A DNA stretch of 64,000 nt from Felis catus (lineage: Eukaryota), in contig NC_058368.1 in assembly GCF_018350175.1 (NCBI RefSeq), forward strand, positions 22,074,001-22,138,000. The letters are read 5' to 3'. This document shows positions 13,895 to 26,519 of the stretch, one piece after another; within the stretch, counting starts at the first letter, position 1, and the number at the start of each line of letters is the position of its first letter. The notes beneath the pieces are model-generated. The model was not told the origin of the DNA and did not search any database. It worked only from the letters and a program-made list of their open reading frames with translations. A program made the translations under genes and the position numbers.

Positions 13895-14360
13895 AAGAAA
13901 CAGGAATTTGATTCCACCCTACATTTCCTAAAATCTTTATTTTCCTTCACCATTTTCCCTCCTTGTTTATGAAGGCTTAAAAATGTTAATCTTTATTTCT
14001 TCTTATATAAAGCTAAATAGTAAAAAAGCATAAAGAATTCAATTCACTGCTGTTTTATATTCTTCTGTGCCATTTCATTTACGACAGTGAGAACAGACTT
14101 CTACTTATTCAAATTAACCACAGTGCAAATCCTTTGGAAAAGAGCTGCATCCATTTTGTAGACTGTTTGAATGTATGAAAGTACAGCTGACTAAAGATAT
14201 ATGACAAGAATAAGTTAATGTTTTGGGATATTACAAAGAAGAGTGCTATTTCTCTTGGTGTGTGTGTATGTGTGTATACACAGCTTTTGAGATAAAACTT
14301 ACACTCCATAATTAAACTATTTCAAGTGTGCAATTTAATGGTTGGTTGTTTCTTTAACAG

Positions 14361-14479
14361 GGAAAAAAAGATGTGACCCAGATATTTAACAACATCCTGA
14401 GAAGACAGATAGGCACTCGGAGTCCTACTGTGGAGTACATTAGTGCTCATCCTCATATCCTGTTTATGCTCCTCAAAGG
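14361..14479 (+). CDS. CAB39L: CAB39L internal coding exon (119 nt; [39 protein letters not shown]+GG), probably 3rd coding exon
   Basis: Manual translation matches MO25-beta as recalled ([16 protein letters not shown] distinguish it from CAB39). Acceptor tctttaacag, donor GTAGGT, ends in phase 2. Confidence 0.96.
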
Positions 14480-14638
14480 GTAGGTACATGGTTTCCTTTA
14501 AAGAAGTAGGTTTGATTATAGAATAGTTGTTAAAAGTATTATAGCATTAGCCTCATTTGAGATATGATGGGTGCTCATTTGGAATCACAGGAAAGCTATT
14601 TGCCATGCTTGAGGTCAGCCCTCCAAATCTACATTTCT

Positions 14639-15100
14639 TTTTTTTTTTTTTTTTTAATTTTTTTTTTTCAACGTTTATTTATTTTTGGGACAGAGAGAGA
14701 CAGAGCACGAACGGGGGAGGGGCAGAGAGAGAGGGAGACACAGAATCGGAAACAGGCTCCAGGCTCTGAGCCATCAGCCCAGAGCCCGACGCGGGGCTCG
14801 AACTCACCGACCACGAGATCGTGACCTGGCTGAAGTCGGACGCTTAACCGACTGCGCCACCCAGGCGCCCCCAAATCTACATTTCTTTTTTTTTTTTTTT
14901 TTAACGTTTATTTTTGGGACAGAGAGAGACAGAGCATGAACGGGGGAGGGGCAGAGAGAGAGGGAGACACAGAATCGGAAACAGGCTCCAGGCTCCGAGC
15001 CATCAGCCCAGAGCCCGACGCGGGGCTCGAACTCACAGACCGCGAGATCGTGACCTGGCTGAAGTCGGACGCTTAACCGACTGCGCCACCCAGGCGCCCC
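14639..15100 (-). mobile_element. Two tandem young SINEC_Fc-type SINEs (14639-14871, 14887-15100)
   Basis: Three copies of the 15-bp caaatctacatttct at 14624, 14872 and 15101. Confidence 0.96.
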
Positions 15101-15223
15101 CAAATCTACATTTCTATGATTACATGGGTTACAGCAAAAATCTTTTCTTTGTATGTTTCTAAATAGAGTTCCTTCCATTTACTGTTTCTTTTTCCTCTAC
15201 TTTCCTGTTATCTCTGTCTCTTC

Positions 15224-15288
15224 TTATTATATTATTAACTGCCCTTTTATTATATTATTAACTGCCCTTTTATTAAATCTGCCCTTTT
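15224..15288. repeat. 23-bp tandem duplication (ttattatattattaactgccctt x2 plus a partial third copy)
   Basis: Read directly from the sequence. Confidence 0.85.
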
Positions 15289-15353
15289 CTTAGCTATGCA
15301 GTTACCCTTTTCCTGTTTGCATGAGACCGAATCCCCTGACCCTGAACCTCAGT

Positions 15354-15371
15354 ACACACACACACAGACAG

Positions 15372-15404
<33 letters not shown>
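15354..15404. repeat. (CA)n microsatellite, imperfect
   Basis: Read directly from the sequence. Confidence 0.9.
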
Positions 15405-15407
<3 letters not shown>

Positions 15408-15783
15408 TCCAGTGGCTGACTAGCATCTGCCAAGGTGACATGCTTCCATGTGGGGAAGCATATTTGCTTGTGCAGCATATATATATACATATGTGTATAT
15501 ATATATGAGCCAAAAAACAAAAGTCTAGTCAAATAGAATCTCTATTATTTTTTTATATCTATACTCATTTACAAATGTTTCAAGGGCATTCTGTGTCTAC
15601 TCTAACTCCCAAAGACCAGAGATCTGGATGTAGCAAGTCTTGGGGACAGCAGACTGTCTTCTTCCTCCTCTGCCCTATTTTTCTACCTCACAGTCTCAAA
15701 CCTAGCATGCTGTTCCATACCTACCCCATCTCATCTCTGTTCAGCTCCCATTTCCTCCCTGGTACATTTAAAAATACTTAATT

Positions 15784-18700
15784 GGGGGGAGGACCCAAGA
15801 TGGTGGAACAGCATGGAAGTTTTTTTTGTGTCTCGCGTCCATGAAATACAGCCAGATCAACACTAAAGCAACCTACACACCTAGAAAACTGATTTGAGAA
15901 TTAACACAACGATCTGTACAACCTGAACCACAGAACTCAGCAGGTATGCAGTGTGGAGAGGTCAACTGGGGGAGAGAGAAGCTATGGAGGGCAGAGAGCA
16001 GTTTTTGCCTGTGGAGAGAGGACAGAGAGGAGGGGAGAGTATGGGAAAAGCACCCCCCCAAAATCAGCTGGAGAGAAAGCGGAAAAGGGGAAACAGCCAA
16101 AGGGACTGAACTAAAAAGGGAGAAAGGAGAAAGGAGAGGGCTTAAATTCCATTAGAACTCTATAAACAGGGGGAGCACAGAGTCTGAAACTCCACGGCTT
16201 GATACCTGGAGGTGCTCTGGTAAGAAGAGCAAATCCCCTGGAGCAAAGTGAAGTCCGGGGGTCTTCCGGCCACATGAGGAGAGGTGGTTCCCCTGCTGGG
16301 AGGACATCTGATAGAGGCTGCGTGGCCTCCCCCAGGGAAAGGCCCCAGTAGCCTCAGAAGAACACCCACATTTGCTGGTGCTAGAACAAGGTCATTGGGG
16401 GTGAAGCCTGGTGCCAGATGCTTGTTGTGATTTTCCATAATCCCTGAAACGCTGCTTCTACACCATCTCAGAAACTTTTTCTGGGGTGGGCTGGCACCCA
16501 GCCGCAGTCTCTGGGCATCAGCGGCAGCACGTTCCCGTGAATGTTCCTGGGTGCGGCCAGCACCCAGCCATTGCTCAGTTAGACCCTCCCGCAGAGGGGC
16601 AGAATGGGTCAAAGCCACAGTCCCTCAGAAGTAAGGGTCAGGAAAAACAGCCACATTTGAGATAAAACTCAGGAGGGAGGAGCTGCCTGGGGTTTGGTCA
16701 TGGACAGTGTAGGAGTGGGGAGTGGACAGAAGCCGGAGACAAAGGACGGGTGGGCAATTATGGTTGGGGAGAACAGAGTTCTGATACTAGAGACTGGGTA
16801 GCTGGGTGATGCCATTTTCACCCCTCCCGCTCATGGGTATACACACCTACAAGCTCCACAACAATTCACACCAGTAAACTAAGCAGCGCCATCTAGTGGA
16901 GAACAGAGTTGTTACACTAAGCCCAGTCCAACTTGGCCAACCTCACTCTTCAGGAACACAAATCTCTCCACCTGCTTAGTTTATGGAATATAAAGCGATT
17001 CATAGTTTGACTTCTAGGTGAAAACTAAGTCATTTCAATCATATTTCAGTTTGTTCACTGGTCCATCTATTCAATTTTCTTTTTCTCTTTCATTTCTTTT
17101 TCATAAATACAGAAAAATTTTCATTTTCAATTTTTATTAAAAATACCTTTAATTTTTTTCTACTATATTTTTTACTTTTGTGTAATTTTTTTCAAATTCT
17201 ATTTTATTTCCATCACTTCATTTTATTCTATTTCAGTGTATTAAGTTTTTCAAATTTTCAAATGATTTCCTTTTTTTTTCTTTCCCCTTTTTTCTCTAAT
17301 CTATTAAGCTGCTTTCAACACCCAGACCAAAACACACCTAGGATCTAGCATAATTTATTTGATTTATATGTGTGTGTGTGTTGTTTTTAATTTTTTAATT
17401 TTATTTTTTTAATTTTAATTTTTTTTTACCTCATTAATGACTTTTCTCCCTTCAAAATGACGAAATGAAGGATTTCACCCCAAAAGAAAGAGCAGGAAGA
17501 AACGACTGCCAGGGACTTGACCAACACAGATGCAACAAGATGTCTGAAACAGAATTTAGAATCACGATAGTAAGAATACTAGCTGGAGTCGAAAACAGAT
17601 TAGAATCCCTTTCTGCAGAGATAAAGGAAATAAAAGCTAGTCAGGATCAAATAAAAAATGGTGTAACTAAGCTGCAATCTCGAATGGATGCCATGATGAC
17701 AAGGATGCATGAGGCAGAGCAGAGAATCAGAGATAGAGAGGACAAACTTATGGGGAATAATGAAGCAGAAAAAAAGAGGGAGACTAAGGCAAAAGAGCAT
17801 GATTTAAGAATTAGAGAAATCAGTGACTCACTAAAAAGGAACAACATCAGAATCATAGGGGTCCCAGAAGATGAAGAGAGAGAAAAGTGGGTAGAAAGGT
17901 TATGTGAGCAAATCATAGCAGAGAACTTTGTTAACCTGGGGAAAGACACAGACATCAAAATCCAGGAAGCACAGAGAACTCACATTAGATTCAATACAAA
18001 ACAGCCACCAACAAGATATACCATAGTCAAATTCACAAATTACTCTGGCAAGGAAAGAATCATGAAAGCAGCAAGGGAAAAAAAGGGTCCTTAACCTACA
18101 AGGGAATACAGATCAGGTTTGCAGCAGACCTATCCACAGAAATGTGGCAGGCCAGAAAGGAGTGGGAGGATATATCCAATGTGCTGAATCAGAAAAATAT
18201 GCAGCCAGGAATTCTTTATCCAGCAAGGCTGTCATTCAAAATAGAAGGCGAAATAAAAAGTTTCCCACACAAACAAAAATTAAAGGAGTTTGTGAGCACT
18301 AAACCAGCCCTGGAAGAGATTTTAACAGGGACTCTCTTAGGGGAGAAAAGATATACATACATATATACATATATACAAACATACATACATACATACATAC
18401 CAAAAGCATCAAAGAGAACACCACCAGAAACTCCAACTCTAGAAGTAACATAATGTCAATAAATTCATATCTTTCAGTACTCACTCTAAATGTCAATGGA
18501 CTAAATGCTCCCATCAAAAGACATAGGGTAACAGAATGGATAAGAAAACAAGATCCATCTATATGCTGTTTACAAGAGACCCACTTTAGACCGAAAGACA
18601 TCTTCATATTGAAAGTAAGGGGATGGAGAACCATCTATCATGCTAATGGTCACCAAAAGAAAGCTGGAATAGCCATACTGATATCAGATAATCTAGACTT

Positions 18701-21700
18701 TAAAATAAACAATGTAATAAGAGGTAAAGCAGGCATTATATCATAATTAAGGGGTCTATCCACCAAGAAGACCTAACAACTGTAAACATTTATGCTCCAA
18801 ATGTGGCAAAACCCAAATATATAAATGAATTAATCACAAAAATAAAGAAACTTACTGATAATACCATAATAGTAGGGGATTCAATGCCGTACTTACAGCA
18901 ATGGACAGATCATCTAAACCAGAAAATCAACAAGAAAACAATGGCTTTGAATGACACACTGGACCAGATGGACTGAACAGATATATTCTGAACATTTCAT
19001 CCTAAAGCAGCAGAATATACATTCCTCTCCAGTGCACATGGAACATCCTCCAGAATAGATCACATACTGGGACACAAATCCGCCATCAACAAGTACTAAA
19101 AGATCAAGATCATACCATGCATATTTTCAGACCACGATGCTATGAAACTCAAAATCAACCACAAGAAAAAATTTGGAAAGGTAACAAATACTTGGAGACT
19201 AAAGGACATCCGACTAAAGAATTAATGGGCTAACCAAGAAGTTAAGGAAGAAATTAAAAAGTACATGGAAGCCAGTGAAAATCATAACACCACAGCCCAA
19301 AACCTCTGCGATGCAGGTTCCCATAAGAGGGAAGTATATAGCAATCCAGACCTTCCTAAAGAAGGAAGAAAGGTCTCAGATACACAACCTAACCTTACAC
19401 CTTAAAGAGCTGGAAAAAGAATAGCAAATAAAACCTGAAACCAGCAGAAGACAGGAAATAATAAAGATTAGAGCAGAAATCAATGCCATCGAAACCAAAA
19501 AACAGTAGAGCAGATCAATGAAACCAGAAGCTGGTTCTTTGAACGAATTAACAAAACTGATAAACCACTAGCCAGTTTGACCAAAAAGAAAAAGCAAAGG
19601 ACCCAAATAAATAAAATCAAGAACGAAAGAGGAGAGATCACAACCAACACAGCAAAATAAAAAAAATAATAATAAGAGAATATTATGAGCAATTATACGC
19701 CAATAAAATGGGCAATCTGGAAGAAATGGACAAATTCCTAGACATATACACTACCAAAACTGAAACAGGAAGAAACAGAGAATTTGAACAGACCTATAAC
19801 CAATAAAGAAATCAAATTAGGAATCAAAAATCTCCCCAAAAAACAAGAGTCCAGGGCCAGATGGCTTTCCAGGGGAATTCTACCAAACATTTAAGGAAGA
19901 GTTAACAAGTACTCTCTTGAAGCTGTCCCAAAGAATAGAAATGGAAGGAAAACTTCCAAACTCTTTCTATGAAGCCAGCATGACCTTGATTCCAAAACCA
20001 GACAGAGACCCCACTAAAAAGGAGAACTATAGACCAATTTCCCTGATGAACATGTATGCAAAAATCCCCAAGAAAATATTAGCCAACTGGATCCAACAAT
20101 ACATTAAAAATTTTTTTCACCATGACCAAGCGGGATTTATACCTGGGATGCAGGGCTGGTTCAATATCCGCAAAACAATCAATGTGATTCATCACATCAA
20201 TAAAAAAAGGACAAGAACCACATGATCCTCTCAATAGATGCAGAGAAAGCATTTGACAAAATACAGCATCCTTTCTTGATAAAAACCCTCAAGAGAGTAG
20301 GGAGAGAAGGATCATACCTCGAGATCATAAAAGCCATATACGAAAGACACAATGCTAACATCATCCTCAATGGGGAAAAACTGAGAGCTTTCCCCCTAAG
20401 GTCAGGAACAAGACCTGACCACCCTCTGACCATGGGGATGTCCACTCTCACCACTGTTATTCAACATAGTATTGGAAGTCTTAGCCTCTGCAAGCAGACA
20501 ACACAAAGAAATAAAAGGCATCCAAATCGGCCAGGAGGAGGTCAAACTTTCACTCTTTGCAGATGACATGATACTCTATATGGAAAACCCAAAAGATTCC
20601 ATGCTGATCCATGAATTCAGCAAAGTGGCAGGATATAAAATCAATGCACAGAAATCGGTTGCATTCCTATACACCAACAATGAAGCAACAGAAAGAGAAA
20701 TCAAGGAATCGATCCCATGTACAATTTCACCAAAACCCATAAAATACCTAGGAATAAATCTAACCAAAGAGGTGAAAAATCTATACACTGAAAACTATAG
20801 AAAGCTTATGAAAGAAATTGAAGAAGACACAAAAACACGGAAAAATTTTCCATGCTCCTGGATAGGAAGAACAAATATTGTTAAAATGTAGCTACTACCC
20901 AAAGCAATCTACATATTGAATGCAATCCCTATCAAAAAAAACACCAGCATTCTTCACAGAGCTAGAACAAACAATCCTAAAATTTGTATGGAACCAGAAA
21001 AGACCCTGAATAGCCAAAGCAATCTTGAAAAAGAAAACCAAAGCAGGAGGCATGACAATCCTCCTGAAGCAAGGATTGCCTCTTGAAGCAAGACTTCAAG
21101 CTGTATTACAAGGCGGTAATCATCAAGACAGTATGGTATTGGCACAAACGCAGACACACAGATCAATGGAACAGAATAGAGAACTGAGAAATGGATCCAC
21201 AAACGTATGGCCAACTAATCTTTGACAAAGCAGGAAAGAATATCCAATGGAATAAAGACAGTCTCTTCAGTAAGTGGTGCTGGGAAAACTGGACAGCAAC
21301 ATGCAGAAAAATGAACCTGGACCACTTTCTTACACCATACCCCCAAACACACTCAAAATGGATGAAAGACCTAAATGTAAGACAGAAAGCCATCAAAATC
21401 CTCCAGGAGAAAGCAGGCAAACACTTCTTTGACCTTGGCCTCAGCAACTTCTTACTTAATGCATCTCCGGAGGCAAGGGAAACAAAAGCAAAAATGAACT
21501 ATTGGGACCTCATCAAAATAAACTCTTCTGCACAGGGAAGGAAACAATCAGCAAAACTAAAAGGCAACCGATGGAATGGGAGAAGATATGTGTAAATGAC
21601 ATATCAAGTAAAGGCTTAGTATCCAAAATCTGTAAAGAACATATCAAACTCAACACCCAAAAAACAAATAATCCAGTGAAGAAATGGGCAAAAGACATGA

Positions 21701-22522
21701 AGAGACACTTCTCCAAAGTAGACATCCAGATGGCCAGCCGGTGCATGAAAAACGTTCAACATCACTCATCATCAGGGAAATACAAATCAAAACCACAATG
21801 AGATACCACCTTACACTTGTCAGAATGGCTGACATTAACAACTCAGGCAACAACAGATGTTGGCAAGGATGTGGAGAAAGGATCTGTTTTGCACTGCTGG
21901 TAGGAATGAAGACTGGTGCAGCCACTCTGGAAAACAGTATGGAGCTTCCTCAAAAAATTAAAAATAGAACCAGCCTACGATCCAGCAATTGCACTACTAG
22001 GTATTTATACAAGGGATACAGGTATGCTGTTTCAAAGGGGCACATGTACCCCAATGTTTATAGCAGCATTATCGACACTAGGTAAAATATGGAAAGAACC
22101 CAAGTGTCCATTGACGGATGAATGGATAAAGAAGATGTGGTGTATATATGTACAATGCAGTATTACTCGGCAATCAAAAAGAATGAAATCCTGCCATTTG
22201 CAACTACGTGGATGGAACTAGAGGGTGTTATGCTAAGCAAAATTACTCAGTCAGAGAAAGACAAATATATGACTTCACTCATATAAGGACTTTAAGACAC
22301 AAAACAGATGAACACAAGGGAAGGAAAGCAAAAATAATATAAAAACAAGGAGGGGGAAAACATAAGAGACAAATATAGAGAACAAACAGAGGTTTACTGG
22401 AGGGGTTGTGGGAGGGGGGATGGGCTAAATGGGTGAGGGGCATTAAGGAATCTACTCCTGAAATCATTGTTGCACTATATGATAACTAACTTGGATGCAA
22501 ATTAAAAAAATACAAAAAAAAA
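15784..22522 (+). mobile_element. Full-length but inactivated felid LINE-1 (copy A): 5'UTR, ORF1 (~17457-18390), ORF2 (~18453-22290), 3'UTR and A tail
   Basis: Starts GGGGGGAGGACCCAAGATGG. ORF1 fragments (NIRIIGVPE, LYPARLSFKIEGEIKSF), endonuclease (TLNVNGLNAPIKR, CCLQETH), RT ([11 protein letters not shown]). Many stops and frameshifts. Confidence 0.96.
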
Positions 22523-22587
22523 CCCCATTTGTTTCAAGATAATACATAACATGTAGTTTAAAAATCAGATATATCAACATACAGCAA

Positions 22588-22812
22588 TTTAAAAAAATTT
22601 TTTTTTAACATTCATTTATTTTTGAGAGAGAGAGAGAGAGAGACAGAGCATTAGCAGGGAATCGGCAGAGCGAGGAGACACAGAACCCAAAGCAGGCTCC
22701 AGGCTCTGAGCCACCAGCACAGAGCCTGACGTGGGGCTCAAACCCACAAACCATGAGATCATGTCCTAAGTTGAAGTTGGATGCTTAATTGACTTAGCCA
22801 CCCAGGTGCCCC
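22588..22812 (-). mobile_element. Can-SINE
   Basis: Reverse-complement head ending ccaggtgcccc, (AG)n. Confidence 0.9.
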
Positions 22813-23778
22813 AACACATAGCCGCTTTTTGCTTCTCCCTCCTCCATTCCTCAGTCCCGTTGTCCAGAGACAACCACTTTCATCTTTTTTATTTGTTCAT
22901 CTGGTATTTACCTCTATATTTTAAATAGCTAGCTTATACTAATCTTTTGGTTTATCAATTTTAAAAATGTTCCTTTGACTTTCTATAGACTAGATGATAA
23001 TTTAGTTTTTTCACTGCCACCATTATTTTATTTTCCTTCCTCGTATCCTCCCGATATACTTTATCACAACTTTTTATTTTATTAAAACTCACATTTAAAT
23101 TATCATGGGTATGTAATTATTATTATTCATTGTTGACCAAAGTAGTATACTATGATTATTTTGTTTTTTGGTAGAAAATATTGTTTTTACTGGAAAATTG
23201 TGTCTTTCAGTTCTGGAAAGGGAAATACAGTTGTATCATAAATGAGAGTAGGCTAAACTCATAACAAACTTTAAACTTTATAAAAGGCCACAAAATGGAG
23301 TGGCTTCACTCCCAGATAAGTTTATTTGTCATATAATAGTGCAGAGCAGATGTTTTGGGTCAGCAGGGTCTTCTGCCTTCCTCACCATGTGGTTCCTAAG
23401 ATCATGTTGTTTACCTTTACCATTTTAGCTCACATGAAGGTAAAAATACATGGAGACAATTTAACCCCGGCCTGGAAATGGCTCGACATTATTCCCATTT
23501 CCATTCCATTTGAGAGCACTTTGTCATTTGGCCCCTTAACTCTTAAGGAAGGAAATCTGAGAGATATTGACTAGTGCCCAGAAAGAAGACAACAGTGGAT
23601 TTTGGTGGACCACTATCATTCTCTGTCACATATTATTTCTTTGAAAATTTCTTCCCTTCCGTTTTCTCTGTTCTCACTTTCTAGATTTCCTATTAGAGTT
23701 TGATTTCCAGGATTGATTTCTTATCTCTTCTGTTTTCCATCTCTTATCTTTTTATGTGTTGGAAGATGTTAATTATAT

Positions 23779-23983
23779 CTTTTTTTTTTTTTAAGTTTAG
23801 TTTATTTTGTGAGAGAGCACACACAGGAGGGGCAGAGAGAGAGGGAGAGAGAAAGGGAATCCTAAGCAGGCTCCGCACTGTGAGCTTGGAGCCCAGTGTA
23901 GGGATTGAACTCATGAACTGTGAGATCATGACTTGAGCTGAAACCAAGACGTTGGATGCCTGACTAAGCCACCCAGGTGCCCC
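23779..23983 (-). mobile_element. Can-SINE
   Basis: Poly-T, purine tract, reverse-complement head. Confidence 0.88.
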
Positions 23984-24815
23984 TAATATATATTTTACTG
24001 AAGATAAACTGTATTGAATTTTCATTTCAACTATAAGAACTCTTTTTTGTTCTCTGATTATTCCTTTTTCTTGTCTCTTTCACTTCCTGGTTCTGTGACC
24101 TTAAGCAAGACACTGCACCTTTTCGAGCCTCAGTTTTCTTGTCTGTAAAATAAAAATAAAATTTGTAATATTACCTTCACGCTAAAATAATGTTGCCTTT
24201 TATGCCATTGACTCTGCATCATCAGAAAGATTTGTGTTTTCAGCCAGGGTTCTGCCACTTACTTACTGTAAGACCTTGGGCAAAGATATCTAACTTCCTT
24301 ATGCATTGGTTTCCTCTTTGCAATATGGAGTCAATAATAATACCTACATCAGTATGTCATTATGAGTCTTCAATGTGATAATGCTTATGAAGCACATCAC
24401 CTAGCACATGGTATTCCATAACTACTAATCTGAGAAATTATTATCCCTATTGCTCTTAAGAGCTGCAATTCCCATAGAAACATATAAACAATTTTAAGCA
24501 AATATAATTAATTAAGGCCATATACAACTGCCAGAATAGTATGATAAAGAAAGTGTTCATTTGCAGCTGGAGTGGATCTGCAAGATTTAATGGACCCACA
24601 AATATGATTTGCACAGCTGGTCATTGATGATAATAAGGCCAAGGTGATCAATTTATACCCACTTCTGGAGATTCTAAAATTTAAGCTCTAAAGCATTTGA
24701 CGGTATCCTGAAGATAATGGGGGAGCCATTGAAGAGTTTTGGAGAGAGGAAGCATATCAGATTTGTGTTTCAGGAAATGAGGATAAATTATTAGTAGTTA
24801 AAAAAGATTAGCTTG

Positions 24816-25029
24816 GGGGCGCCTGGGTGGCTCAGTCGGTTAAGCGTCCGACTTCGGCTCAGGTCATGATCTCGCAGTCTGTGGGTTCGAGCCCCGCCTC
24901 AGGCTCTGTGCTGACAGCTCAGAGCCTGGAGCCTGCTTCCGATTCTGTGTCTCCCTCTCTCTCTGACCTTCCCCCATTCATGCTCTGTCTCTCTCTGTCT
25001 CAAAAATAAACAAACATTAAAAAAAAAAA
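24816..25029 (+). mobile_element. Can-SINE (feline, fairly young)
   Basis: TSD aaaaagattagc. Confidence 0.92.
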
Positions 25030-25318
25030 GATTAGCCTGTAAATAAATGATCCCTTGAGAATGGTGACATGACCTGGAGATCATGTTGGCTCATGGAGAA
25101 GAGAAGTGGTGTGGGTGATCTAAAACAGTATCTTCCATGGTGGGGTCACTGTGTGAAGGCATGCATGCAACTCCATTCTGCAGTGGGTGTTATTTGTCTG
25201 GGGCATCTCCTATAGCTACTGTCACTGATTAACAGTCAGGTGATGGCAAGTACCTTATATTTATTTTGTGCAGAGAGCCATGCCAGATACGAGTGGCTAT
25301 GTTAAAGACCTGGATTTA

Positions 25319-25487
25319 GGGGGCGCCTGGGTGGCTCAGTCGGTTAAGCAGCTCTGTATCTCAGCTCAGGTCGTGATCTCACGGTTTCGTGAGTTTGAGC
25401 CCCACATCGGGCTCTGTGCTGACAGTGCAGAGCCCGCTTGAGATTTTCTCTCTCCTTTTCTTTCTCTCTGCCCCTCCCCTACTTGCA

Positions 25488-25521
<34 letters not shown>

Positions 25522-25555
25522 ATAAATAAACAAACATTAAAAAATTTTTTTAATT
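25319..25555 (+). mobile_element. Can-SINE
   Basis: Full head, CT tract and tail. Flanks ttaaagacctggat / aaagacacggat. Confidence 0.9.
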
Positions 25556-26321
25556 AAAGAAAGACACGGATATGGTATCTTCTTACCAAGGAAATTATCA
25601 ACAATAGAAAACTAATACTGTTAAGCTATAAGAACTCAGATTAATGAAGAAGAAAGGCAAGTCAATACATTATGAAGTATGATGGTGGTTATTTAAAATT
25701 AACTTCATTCCTTTTATAGATAGTAGAATGTATGTAAATTTGATACATATTAAATATGCTTTATGGAAGATATGAAAATTTAGCATAATTGGATATTTAT
25801 TTAGAAAATTAAGTCAGTGAAAAATTGTGAGTTACATTGAAGAAAACAACTTTTTTTCCCATTTCTAGAAATAATAAGACAGAAGATAAACAGCTAATTG
25901 CAAATGCTATTTATTAATAATTTAACTGCTGGAACATATCACAGATCTATAGTGAGCCTTTTATCTGTGTTGTGCACAGGATGCATTAAAGTGTAATTGT
26001 GCACCACGGCTCGCACCCTCCCTGTTCAGTTAGAGAGAGCTGGGAAAAGAATTGGGACAGGGAAGGCAGGCAGGGGAACTAGCCTAAGCTAGATGTGATG
26101 CCCACTTTGCACAGACAAGAGGTGGAGATGAGAAGGAAGGAATCAGGAGGAGACTCACCCATGTCAGGAAAGGATTTGGGAGGCTTAACAGCAGGAAGTT
26201 CCCAAGTAGCTGCAGAGTGGTGGGAGGAGGGAAGGGGGTTTGAGAAGTGATGTTGTGAGTTAGGAGTTGATATTTTTGAGGACACATGTAATGATTGGAA
26301 TCTCTGTTTTTCCTTTAAAAA

Positions 26322-26519
26322 AAATATTTATTTTGAGAGCGAGAGAGACAGGGCACGTGCAAGCGGGGGAGGAGCAGAGAGAGGGAGAGAAAGAATCCTA
26401 ATCGTGCACTGTCAGCGCTGAGCCCATCTTGGGGCTTGAACTCATGAACTGTGAGAGATCACAACCTGAACTGAAATCAGGAGTCAGACACTTAACTGAC
26501 TGAGCCACCCAGGCGCCCC
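26322..26519 (-). mobile_element. Can-SINE
   Basis: TSD-like tggaatctct on both sides. Confidence 0.88.

Noticed and set aside
17465..22221. Long ORFs (209 aa, 139 aa, etc.) as host genes or an active retrotransposon
   Set aside because: They are fragments of L1 ORF1/ORF2 broken by many stops and frameshifts. The same holds for 50015-54641.
15770..22530. TSD for L1 copy A
   Set aside because: The 5' flank aaaaatacttaatt has no convincing match after the tail beyond aaaaatac, so no TSD is claimed.
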